Below are positions 52,914 through 63,024 of a stretch of DNA of 64,000 bases, one piece after another; position 1 is the first letter of the stretch, and each line of letters begins with the position of its first letter. The notes beneath the pieces are model-generated. The model had not been told where the DNA came from. It saw only the letters and a list, made by a program, of their open reading frames with translations, and made no database searches. The stretch is taken from assembly GCF_036321535.1 (NCBI RefSeq), contig NC_087437.1, positions 65,164,001 to 65,228,000 on the forward strand, given 5' to 3'. Source of the DNA: Camelus dromedarius (taxonomy: Eukaryota). The translations under genes were made by a program, and so were the position numbers.

Positions 52914-53395
52914 ATATGATATCACTTATAGGTGGAATCTAAAAAAATTAAAAAAAAAATAAGGACACAAATGAACAACTTATTATTTATAACTTAGATG
53001 ACTGATTTCTTGAATATGTGTAAGCATATTTGACTGTCCTTTATGATTGGATCACCACATTCTATTGATTCTAATTTTGGCTTTATTCCTTTGATGCCTA
53101 TGTAAGTTTAAAAAGCTAAAGCTCTAGAAACAATGATCTGTATGTATATGTAAACTAAAAAAAAAGTGCAGTATATGCAATATAATGTATATGTGTAGTC
53201 AAACTGTAATAATTCTTTTTGTGGGGGGCAGGGAGGTAATTAGGTTTTTTAGTTTATTTTTTTAGAAGGAGGTACTGGGGATTGAACCCAGGACCTCATG
53301 CATGCTAGGCTTGTGCTCTACCACTTGAGATATGCCCTCCCCCCAAACTGTAATAATTCTACCAAATAAAACTAAAAAAGGGGAAAAAAAAAAAG
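52914..53395 (+). mobile_element. Composite retro-insertion (L1 fragment + non-L1 sequence + polyA) with an 18-bp TSD
   Basis: TSD gaaaatctaggcttcagg at 52896-52913 and 53396-53413; AATAAA at 53365-53370 and an A-tail. Confidence 0.85.
53217..53344 (-). mobile_element. tRNA-derived SINE (vic-1-like) nested in the composite insertion
   Basis: Same SINE core as 43242-43351; TSD aaactgtaataattct at 53201-53216 and 53345-53360. Confidence 0.88.
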
Positions 53396-53595
53396 GAAAA
53401 TCTAGGCTTCAGGGCTGCATCATCCTTCTATTATCCCCTTGTTCCTTCATCGATACCTCTTTGCCTCCCTTTCCATGAGCTCCCTCTCTGTCTGCCCTTC
53501 TCCTGGATATTTAGCTGACTCATCTTCTTCTTTCAAGCACCACTCCCCCACCTCCAACCCAAGACAACCCTGGTTTTCCTTGCCTGTGTCTGCAG

Positions 53596-53807
53596 CTTCT
53601 AGTGGTGCCCGGGGGCTGAAGGCAAAATTTGAGTCCATGGCTGAGGAAAAGAGGAAGCAGGAGGAAGAAGAGAAGGCACGGCAGATGGCCAGGCAGCAAC
53701 AGGAGAGAAAGGCCCTGGTAAAGACAAGCCACATGGCTCAGCAGCCCGTGGCCACTTCGGAGGAGCCGGTGGCACCAGCCCCATTGCCCAAGAAAATCTC
53801 CTCAGAT
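53596..53807 (+). CDS. HCLS1: HS1 exon 10, coiled-coil region (SSGARGLKAKFESMAEEKRK...KKISSD)
   Basis: tgcag|CT acceptor, GAT|gtaagt donor. Confidence 0.95.
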
Positions 53808-54210
53808 GTAAGTGCTTGGCCTTCTGGGATCCACATCCAGGATTCCTTGCCCAGACAGGAGCCTAAGGTGTGCAAATCCTTAGTAGAAAATAAGGCACAG
53901 GCCTCCCCAGTGTTAGGCAGAGTTTACAGCTGCTGCTGCAGGAAGATTTCAGTCTTACTATATAACTGAGCCTCATGTATGAGAATGTTAGGTGAAAAAA
54001 AAACAAGATTTACAGAGTAAAACAGAAGCTAGGTCACCAGCCAGTGCAGCCAATTACTGTTGCAAGAACAAGAGGAAGGAGCTGTCATCTCAGGTTGGAG
54101 CCTGTCATGAGGGATGATTGATTTGAATTGACAGACATAGGAGGGGTGTCCCAGGTCAGCACGAGGAAGAAGTCTGCTTGCTCACTGGGGACATACTTCA
54201 TTCTCCGCAG

Positions 54211-54315
54211 GCCTGGCCTCCAGCAGGGAGTTGTCCATCGTCAGAGCCTGAGCCCGTGAGAACCAGTAGGGAACACCCAGTGCCTGCCCTGCCTTCGAGG
54301 CAGCACCCCCCAGAG
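54211..54315 (+). CDS. HCLS1: HS1 exon 11, proline-rich region
   Basis: ccgcag|GCC acceptor, GAG|gtaagc donor; 105 nt. Confidence 0.94.
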
Positions 54316-54845
54316 GTAAGCAGAGCCCCCAAAGGTTCTCAGCCCCTACCCCATCTCCTCATGTCGTAGTAGGTGGGCAGTAGAGGGTGATCACCCATCC
54401 TGGTTTGTCTGGGACTATCCTGGTCTTAGTGTTGGAATTCTTACATTCTGAGAAGTCACCCAGTCCAAGGCAGACTAAAACAGTTAGTCATCCGAGCTGT
54501 GGTGTTCCAAAGAAGGTTTTTTTTGGCTTTTGCTTCAGTGTTTTCCTGGTCTTCCAAGGAATCTGACTTGCTTCCCACTTCCCTCTCCTCATACCTTTTA
54601 CACTACTCTTCTATCATCTCTTGGTAGGTATTTTGAGCGGGTGGGTGTAGGAGGAGGTTGAAGAATGAAGATGGATGAAAGACTGACTGTGTTCCCTAGG
54701 AGAGGCCGTTAGAAGGAGGCAAGGATGGAAAGTAGAAGTGGTGGCTTGGTGACAGGTAGCGTCTTAGCCGTCCTCCAGTGGGAGGTTTTGGAGAGGCAGC
54801 TCCTGGTGAATGGAAATCACCATGTTTCACACTGTCTCTTCTCAG

Positions 54846-55095
54846 GACAATGAGAAGCCCCCAGCTCTGCCCCCCAGGACTCCAGAAGTCTTCCAGCTGG
54901 AAGAAGAGCCAGTGTATGAAGAGGCACCTGAGCCCGAGCCCGAGCCCGAACCTGAGCCCGAGCCCGAGCCTGAGCCTGAGAATGACTATGAAGATGTTGG
55001 GGAGATGGACAAATGTGAGCAGAATGATGAATCAGAGGGGGACTATGAGGCTGTGATCGAGCCTGAGGATCCTTCATTCTCCTCCACTCTGGCTG
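54846..55095 (+). CDS. HCLS1: HS1 exon 12: PPALPPR motif, (PE)9 repeat, DYE phosphotyrosine motifs
   Basis: ctcag|GAC acceptor, G|gtgagt donor; NDYEDV and GDYEAV motifs. Confidence 0.95.
54927..54980 (+). repeat. HCLS1: Coding hexanucleotide repeat (CCYGAR)9 encoding (Pro-Glu)9
   Basis: cctgag cccgag cccgag cccgaa cctgag cccgag cccgag cctgag cctgag. Confidence 0.95.
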
Positions 55096-55234
55096 GTGAG
55101 TGGTGGGGCAGCTCCTGAATTTGGTCAAGTCTAGGGGAGAGGAAGAGGAAGAAGAATGCCCTGTTACATGGAGGGACCTGTCTATTTTCCTTCTCCATGT
55201 TGCTGAAACCATGTTCATATTTCTCATTATGCAG

Positions 55235-55303
55235 GATCATCAGGCTGCCCGGCTGGGGCTGGGGCTGGGATCTCAGCTGTGGCCCTGTATGATTACCAAG
55301 GAG
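55235..55303 (+). CDS. HCLS1: HS1 exon 13, start of the SH3 domain (…AVALYDYQG)
   Basis: tgcag|GA acceptor, G|gtaggt donor; ALYDY SH3 motif. Confidence 0.94.
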
Positions 55304-55501
55304 GTAGGTTGGGAGTGGCCTGAGGGTTCTGGTGCCTGGAGGCTCTTGGTACATGAGAGGGGGATGGACTCCAGGGAGTCAGAGTGGGACCCAGTCTTGG
55401 CATCAAGAACAAGCCTATTTGCCTCTCTGAGGTTTAAAGTGGGCACAGGAGTGGAGGGGTTCCTGTCAACCATCCTAATATCCTGTCAATTTTATCCCCA
55501 G

Positions 55502-55638
55502 ACGGAAGTGATGAGATTTCCTTTGATCCAGATGACATCATCACTGACATTGAGATGGTGGATGAGGGCTGGTGGCGGGGACGTTGCCACGGCCACTTTG
55601 GACTCTTCCCTGCAAATTATGTCAAGCTCCTCCAGTAA
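55502..55638 (+). CDS. HCLS1: HS1 last exon, SH3 domain ([11 protein letters not shown]...GWWRG...[12 protein letters not shown])
   Basis: cccag|AC acceptor; TAA at 55636-55638; total spliced CDS 1464 nt = 487 aa plus stop. Confidence 0.96.
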
Positions 55639-56069
55639 CTGTCCCCTTCTGTCTTCTGCACTGTGACTTTCCATGTCCAAAGTGGCTCTGCCTCCACCCC
55701 TTCTCCATCCCTGCTGCAAGTGTCTAACAGGATGTCATGAGTTGCCTGAAGTTCTAGACAGACTTCCCTCTCCCTCTCCATTAGGGTGTGGGGCAGAGAC
55801 AGTATGAGGAAAAGGGTCTCCATCCCCTCAGTGTCCTCTCTACCTTGGATGAATTCAGGAATGTTTATACTGTGGTCCTGCCTTCTTCCCCATGACTGCC
55901 ACCTCAAACCCCCCAAGCTTTTCCTTCCTTTGCAGACTCTGAGCTTCCTGGGTTGCTTATCTGGGAAGGTATATCTATATTGCTTGACTTGCCTGGTTGT
56001 GCTATTTGTTCAATTTCCTTCTCTGCAGAGATATCTCTGAATCTTCTCTCTGCTCAGTCCTCAATTGGA

Positions 56070-56075
56070 AATAAA
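56070..56075 (+). terminator. HCLS1: Probable HCLS1 polyadenylation signal
   Basis: First AATAAA after the stop codon, about 430 nt downstream. Confidence 0.75.
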
Positions 56076-56934
56076 GTAGGATCATGACTCACCTCTATTC
56101 TGAGATAATTAATACTTTTTATGCAGCCCTCAATAGCCCTAACTCCCATGGTTCCAATTCTCCTTCCCTCTTTCAGGCATATCCAGAAAACTCCCTCCAA
56201 CCACTGCCCATCACTCTGCACCCTGGATGTCAAGAGCTGTGCCTTTTCCTTAGACATTATACCCAGTCCAAAACAGATAGCCATGAGGAATGGCAGTTAG
56301 ATAGGGGAACAGGGGGCCAGGAAGTGTCCACAGACCATTCACCTTCTATTGGTTTCAGCAGTTGTCAGAGGCCAGCCACCTTCTCCCTGGGAGTAATGAC
56401 TACACTCTTTTAGGACATGATGATTCTTGAGGCAGAAGCATAAATTATGGGAAAAGAACAAGGAAAAGATTTGACCAACAGAAAAAGACTAAAGCTAAGG
56501 GAATACAGGTTCCAACAAGGTGTTAAAAGGACTTCGAGTCAGAGACAGTGGCCTCTATTAGAGAAAGTCCAAGTTTCCTTGTAGTTGGATGACTGAAATA
56601 GATGGTGAGGAAAGAAGGTAGGTTGAGGAAGCTCATGAAATTTCTGTGTGGTTTATGGCTGAGGCTGTTAGGAGAAGATGTGAGGACCTTTAGACATCTA
56701 ATGACAGACAAAAAACAAACCATCAAGCCATGTATGAGGATGAGGGAGAATGAGAGGCCAGGACAGAGTGGGTTTATCTAAACTCCAGGCCACTGGGCTC
56801 AGCAAGTCCAAGATAGAAGATCCTATGCAAAATCAAAATCAAATCAAAGAAAAGTCAGGGATTTGGTATAGGGGATCTTTGTTTGGTAGAACACAGAAAA
56901 GTCTGTGCTATAACCATTATCTGAAGTTGGGTCC

Positions 56935-56975
56935 ATTGTTACCTGGCAGGGGAGATACCAGGATCATGAAGTTGG
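56935..56975 (+). pseudogene. 5' fragment of U1 snRNA (3'-truncated retrocopy)
   Basis: attgttacctggcaggggagataccaggatcatgaagttgg versus U1 ATACTTACCTGGCAGGGGAGATACCATGATCACGAAGGTGG; flanked by the 14-bp direct repeat tgaagttgggtcca (56922-56935 and 56967-56980). Confidence 0.9.
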
Positions 56976-57241
56976 GTCCAGGTTTCAAAGATGGAGAAGA
57001 GGGTGGGCTCAAGGAAGAGCTAAGATGGGTGATGAGACCCATAGTTGCTGCAGGACTTTGTGAATGTCCTGAAAAGCTCATTGGTGAGCTGCCCACGTGC
57101 TTAGAGCTCTTCATACCTCAGGCTTGTCCCTTTGCTTTTCATCAAGACGCACAACAACTTCTGTGCCAGTGAATCACACATCTGTCTCTAAACCTCATTT
57201 ACAAGATTCACCCAGTTAGCCTGTCAGAGTGCAAAGCAGCT

Positions 57242-57247
57242 TTTATT
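57242..57247 (-). terminator. FBXO40: Candidate FBXO40 polyadenylation signal (3' UTR about 3.2 kb)
   Basis: TTTATT on + (AATAAA on -), with GT-rich sequence further downstream on the minus strand. Confidence 0.5.
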
Positions 57248-58447
57248 TCTTTTTATAGAGACATTGGTATTCCCAGTGTACAGAGGTAAGTTACCCTAGG
57301 TATACACAATCTCATTCTTCACTTCAGTTTGATTTGACATCACACATAGAACACACTTTTGCAGTGGTTTTACTACTATATCTCCAAGTTCCACCTTGCT
57401 TTTCACTTTTCCCTTCATTATAACACAAAAGTTTCCTTTCCAGATCCCTGTACTATTAAGGCAACAAAGTCCTTTCTGCCTCAGTTCTTCAGACCTCACC
57501 CTCCACGTTCGGCTGATCTCTACTTGGACTGACTTTCTTGGCAGTGATACCCTTCAAGGGCTCTGCTCATGGCCACCTCCCTGTCCAGGCTCCATTCTTG
57601 GGTACACAGTCTCTTTTCACTCCCCGCAGCTGCTTCTCAATCCAAAGCTGTGTCTAGCTCTCTTGCCTCTGTCAGATAATGCTTGCTGCTCACTACAGCC
57701 TCGTCTCACTAAGCAGATCATCTTCCGTCTAATCTACCATCTTTCTAAAAGGCTTCCCTATTGTTCTAACTGCCCTCTCACCATAAAATGTGCTTGTTTG
57801 TGTAGACCAGTGGATACCTGATCTACCCAGGTTTTCTGCAACATATACAATTAGATATCTTACAAAATGTGTTTGATGATGTTAATCAACTCAATATTGC
57901 ACTGAAGGCAGCAACTGGGAAAGCAAAGTGTGACTAGAAGTGTGGGGCCCACAGAGCAGTGTGGTCACTCTCCTGATTGTCCTCCTGAACCCTGGGCTGC
58001 CCAGACTGTCAAGAACGAGCTCTCTGCTCTCTTCCTTTCTCTATAATTCTCATCCAGCTTATGGTAGCCCTGGATTTTCATCTCCTTTACTATTTAGCTC
58101 CCCATTCCCTCTTTTTCTACTAAAATAAGAAACCCAGAATGGACTTTCGGAGCTTTCTTTCTCCATATAGATAGGAGTAGATTCAAAACACATGGAACAG
58201 ATCCCTGGAGAACTCTCCCTTCTTTTTCCATTTCAGTGTTTGGTTGTTCCAGTTGCTCATCTTCACTGAATAAAATTGTAGCTTACACTCTAGTTATATT
58301 TTTAGAAAACAGTGCCTTATATACAATGTGAAGTGTAAACCAAACAATAAGGATTAGGAAAAATAGAATTAAATTACCGAATAGTACCAAGTGGCACATT
58401 ATAATGAAAGTAGCATCTTTCTACTCTGGGACTTGCTCTAATGCCTT

Positions 58448-58509
58448 TCTTTTTTTTTTTTTTTTCAATTGAAGTATAGTCAGTTTACAATGTTGCATCA
58501 GCTTCTAGT
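58448..58509 (-). mobile_element. Very short L1 tail (~60 bp) with an 11-bp TSD in the putative FBXO40 3' UTR
   Basis: PolyT plus attgaagtatagtcagtttacaatgttg; TSD tctaatgcctt at 58437-58447 and 58510-58520. Confidence 0.82.
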
Positions 58510-59029
58510 TCTAATGCCTTCTTGACCTCTCAGAGGTATCACCTACTTCATCTACACCAGCTCTGGACCATGTTCAGAGAGAGACTCAGGCATTAACGGA
58601 CAGTCATACTGACTGCACTGTTTTTGTTGTTGTTGGCTAAATTCTTTTTGTTCTCTGCTTCCCCACAATGTCCATCCTCCTTTTCCCTTCTTTCTCACTT
58701 GCTTGAGGACTGCTAGGAAAATGGCACCAAGTAAGGTGAGAGGGATATAAACACAAGATATATAGCCCAATCTTCCTGGCTTCAGCTACACCTGGAGAGC
58801 TGAAAGGATATACTTTTGCACGTGGACCCAAGGACACGAAGCCACAGCAAACAAACTAGCTCCATTTGGTTCCCAACTTGAAATCACCATGTGTCTAAAA
58901 CCTATTTAGTAAATAAAGAAGAGTTGCATGAAATCAAGACATTGTAGATAACTATGTGAGATAAGATTTTGCTGTACTAAAAAGCTTATCCTAACTTACT
59001 GCCATTGGCAGTAAGTTTATTCTTCAGGG

Positions 59030-59234
59030 CAGTGGTTCTCAACCAGGAGTGATTTTGCTCCAAGAGAATATTTGGCAATGTCTGGAAACATTTTTGGCTG
59101 TTACAGCTGCGGGGGTGGTACTGGTATCTTTTGGACAGAGGTCAAGGATATTGCTAAACATCCTATAACACACAGGACAGTCCCTTATGACAGAATTATC
59201 CGATCCGAAATGTCAATAGTTCCAAGAAACCCTG
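59030..59234. mobile_element. MER20 hAT-Charlie DNA transposon
   Basis: cagtggttctcaacc...tttggcaatgtctggaaacattttt...tgctaaacatccta...gaaaccctg, which follows the MER20 consensus pattern. Confidence 0.85.
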
Positions 59235-60405
59235 CTTTAGGGGATTCTAGTTTCTACTGTGTATTTTTACTTTACTTTTGTTCTTATATGTATTGACTGT
59301 TTGGTATCAAAAGCCGGAAGTGTCACACATTTTTGACAGAATGGAGTCGTGACCAGCAATAGTAGGGCAGTTACAGGGAATCTCTATGTTCAGCTGCCTT
59401 CCTCCCCAAGATCCCCAAAGGGGTAGCCAAGTGGTGTCCAGCGCCCGGCGACTGGTAGCACAGGCGCTGCCACGGGCCTCGCCTGGGCTTGTCCAAATGC
59501 GCGGTCTCCTTGGGCCACCCCGTGTCCTGAGATCGTTTCACATAGTCCAGGGTGGTGCCGGCCCATGCCTGTGCTCTCCCCTATCCAGACCTAGAATATA
59601 ATGCTCAGAGGAAAAGAACCTTGACTCTTAAGCCGCTATTAACATGTTTAAAAGTAAGACTGTGACATTTTGTCCTAATTTTCTCCATAAATAATGTATA
59701 TTCTTCGGATTCTTCTTCACTTTTCAAGGCTGTCCTTCTCTATGTTGCCAAGATTCTACACAGCAAACTCTATGACCTCATTTCTGCCTCTCGTTGCTGG
59801 CCTGTGGTGTCCTCGAGGCTGCTGTGCCCAGCCAAGGTCTCTGGCATCAGGCTGTGTGGGGACTGTCTAGGCTTAGAGGTAGTGGGGCAACTAGGAGAAC
59901 TGGACTTGGCTGTCGAGACAACCTCAGCTCCAGAACCTTCATTCTGTGCCGTCACCCTGGGTGCCCTGGGAGGCACCTCCGTCCCTTCCCTACATTGCTG
60001 GCCCCACATCACTGAAAGTGCTTATCAACTGAAAAGCTCTCCACTAAAGCACAGGCCTGTGCTGGTGTTGCTATTCCATAACCACTACTCTCTCATCTCC
60101 TAAGGGCTTGGGCTCATCTTCCAAATGGCCTCAAGTTACCTATATACTCCTCAGACTGATTAATTTTAGGGAAAAAAAAAGGTAGGTGGGGAGGAAATAT
60201 GTTATCAGTATGGCACTACAGCAATTCTACAAGCCATGGCTTAGGAAATTCTTAGAACTTGTGCAAGTGTTCAGGTTTTGAAGGACATCGCATGCTCTGA
60301 AACACCCAGGTAAGTACATTTGCAGCTTACAGAAGGAAGGCCTCCAAACCACACTGTGCTTGTAGTAATGCGGAGTGGGAAACCAAGAATGGAGGTTCTG
60401 AGTCT

Positions 60406-60621
60406 TTAGTAGGTGTATCTTCCCCGTGGTCTGGCTTTAAAGGTGGTGACTAAGCTCTCCCGGGCCTTTTCATGGGGCTGACACATGCTGGTCAAAAGAA
60501 TCGGCTCAGTCTTGTGTTCTACAACATTGAAAGGACAGGTCTTCAGGTGCTCAGACATGGAGGCGACGTCATTAAACTCCCAGCTCTTGATTTTGGAGAA
60601 GAGGCTGCTGAACTGCCAGAT
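60406..60621 (-). CDS. FBXO40: F-box only protein 40, last coding exon (IWQFSSLFSKIKSWEFNDVASMSEHLKTCPFN...RPRGRYTY*)
   Basis: Minus-strand acceptor ctcacag|ATC; 72 codons to TAA; matches the FBXO40/FBXO30-family C-terminus. Missing from the ORF track, whose threshold its Met-initiated part does not reach. Confidence 0.93.
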   Translation of the reverse strand: MWQFSSLFSKIKSWEFNDVASMSEHLKTCPFNVVEHKTEPILLTSMCQPHEKARESLVTTFKARPRGRYTY

Positions 60622-60839
60622 CTGTGAGGAGAGACACGCTCAAAAGTGAACAGCAGGGCAATACCCTCAGGCTGGCTTTATTTGAATGGTGTAAGGAAAT
60701 GCCTTTCTTAGCTTCCAGAGAGTGTTTAGTTATTTCCTTCTCCAGCATTCAATTCCTAGTTCCCTCTTCCAACTGATAATCTTCCCAGTAAGCCATACGT
60801 TGTGTGGAAATGACTAATACCAGTCTGCTTATCAACATT

Positions 60840-61245
60840 CACCTGCCCTGCACCCCCGACTACCCCAGAAACAGTGATTAGTTCTAGAATAGGCACATGG
60901 TTCAAATCAGGGCAATTAGTGTCAATGAGACTACTCCAGAACTTTCATTTGAGATGTTAGGAAATAAGATTTTCTGTGTTTAAACTGGGAAGCTGCAGTC
61001 TTAGGAGCTGCTGGCAGCCACCAGGAATCATGGAGAACTGTGTCTTAGAGTGGAGCCACTAGTGAGGAAGTAGAGATAAGAAATAGAGAGTAAAAAGGTC
61101 ATTTGGGGGTATTTTGACCTGCTAGAGCAAGCCTGACCTGAAGCCATCACTGTTGGATTTTTTAGTTATATGGGTCAATAAATAGCTTTCATTGTTTATG
61201 TTAAGTTGGTCTTCTATTGCTTGAAACTAAAAGTATGCTAACTAA
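60840..61245 (+). mobile_element. MaLR LTR remnant (MLT1-like) in the last FBXO40 intron
   Basis: 3' end pattern cctgaagcc...ggattttttagttatatgggtcaataaa...tgcttgaaactaaaagtatgctaactaaca. Confidence 0.6.
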
Positions 61246-62829
61246 CAAGCGTCTCACTAGAACAGAAGACTCAGCAGAAATCTAGGAGTCTGATACTCAA
61301 ACCCCTGCTGGCCTTTCCACCTAGGATGTGGTGGCAAAGTCACTAGTTTTAAAATTTGTCTATGAGGGTAGGCAAAACCTGATACCCTTTAACCTGATCA
61401 CTTCACCCTCAGTTTCTTATCATTGCTTCTGTGTAAGAAAAGTGTTTCCTGTGATCTTAGAACTATTTCCCTTTTTACTTTAAACAGCCATTTTAATATG
61501 AGCATCCTTTAGATTCCAACTAAATTCTCTTTCTTCCTTTCTGCAAGGAAATTAGTTTTTCCCAAATAATATTTAAGAGTGGTTGGCAATCACAATCATT
61601 GAATGGGGGGAAAAGTGAGCCAAAAAAATCATGAAATTTCTAGTATGTAAGTTAAATTATTTACATTTGATTCTACAGGGGAAGATATTAGGCAGTTCTA
61701 GGCTATACAATTCCTGGAGGCAGGGTCTTAGTCTCATTTGTGTTTATTCCTAACAAATGGCTAGTTGACATCAGTGTTTATTTAATACATGGATGCAGGC
61801 ATGGATTCATGAGGGAGAGGCTCATAATTATTTTTTGAAGAAGACTGTTTAGGGAACAAATAATAGAGCACATGCAAGATGTTTTAGGACATAGTCAATA
61901 AAAATAGATGTAAACATCTCCTAACTCCCCAATGCTAGTTTGCATATACCCACATAATGGAAAGAAACTCAACAGTGAGATTATGGAATTATCAACCTAA
62001 ATGGGCATCATAAATTTGTGGTTCACATTACAAATGAGAAGGTTGCTAAGGGCACCCTGGAGATGATGAATTGGGAGCTTCACTTCTGCATGGTGCAAGC
62101 TGGTTGGGAACAAGGAACCAGGTTTTTTCCCAAAGGGAAAATTTCTTTGATTTATACAGTAGTTTTTTTGAAAAAAATTAAATAGGCGTTTGAGCCAGGG
62201 AAATCAGTGGACCAAATTATTTTAGAATTGCAAAATGTCTTTTACAAGGGCAAAAACGCTTTTTAACCAAAATTAGTTGACACGGACTGAGAATTTGTTG
62301 GCATATTGTATCAATTAGAGCCCAGGCAGAAAACAGGTGGCACACTCAAACTGGGTAATCAGAAGATAATTTTAAAGAGGAATGATACACAAATGTGTAA
62401 ATGTGTGGGCAGGGTACAGGAAAGCCACAAGACAGAGTGCAATATCCCGGCTAGTAACAATCTAGAGTGGCCTAGAAAGGGGAGAAGAAAGAGGTCATTT
62501 GAACCCAGAATTGGTAATCGCGGAGAGAGCCACCTATATAACCACCTTCAGTGGAGGGACATGGCCAGTGCCAAGTGTCGTGGAGGGAAGACTGCATGCA
62601 GCTGGGAAACCAGAATAGACATGTCAACCACACTCTTCTTCCTCCCACCCATCTCCTGCCGATACACTCCCATTAGATTAGCCCCTCTGGAAGCTGAGGG
62701 CAAGGGAGCTGGTTAGGGCAGGCGGTAGGGATCAGCCTCCTGGGAGACAGACCACGAAGGAGAAAGTTGGGGAATGGATCATGTGACCAAACAGAAGACA
62801 TCCAGGTCACATACATAGAAACAGGCACT

Positions 62830-63012
62830 ACCATCTCTACTGCCATTTTTATTTTTGTGGGTCTGTCTCCTCTACCAGGCTGACCTCCCTGGGTTCACAA
62901 ACTGTGTCTTATTCCCAGTGACCTAGTACAATCTCAGTGTCTAGTACAGTGCATGGTGCATAGAAGGTCTTTAATAAGTATTTGTTGAAGGGAAGAATGA
63001 ATGAATGAATGA
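62830..63012 (+). mobile_element. L2 LINE 3' end
   Basis: cagtgtctagtacagtgcatggtgcatagaaggtctttaataagtatttgttgaa ending in an (atga)n tail. Confidence 0.7.
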
Positions 63013-63024
63013 CTATTTACTTGC

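Noticed and set aside
55100..55666. 188-aa ORF over HCLS1 exons 13-14
   Set aside because: Out of frame with the SH3 domain and runs through introns; no recognisable protein.
59430..59570. Locally CpG-rich patch in the FBXO40 3' UTR region
   Set aside because: Too short for a CpG island; no ORF or promoter support.
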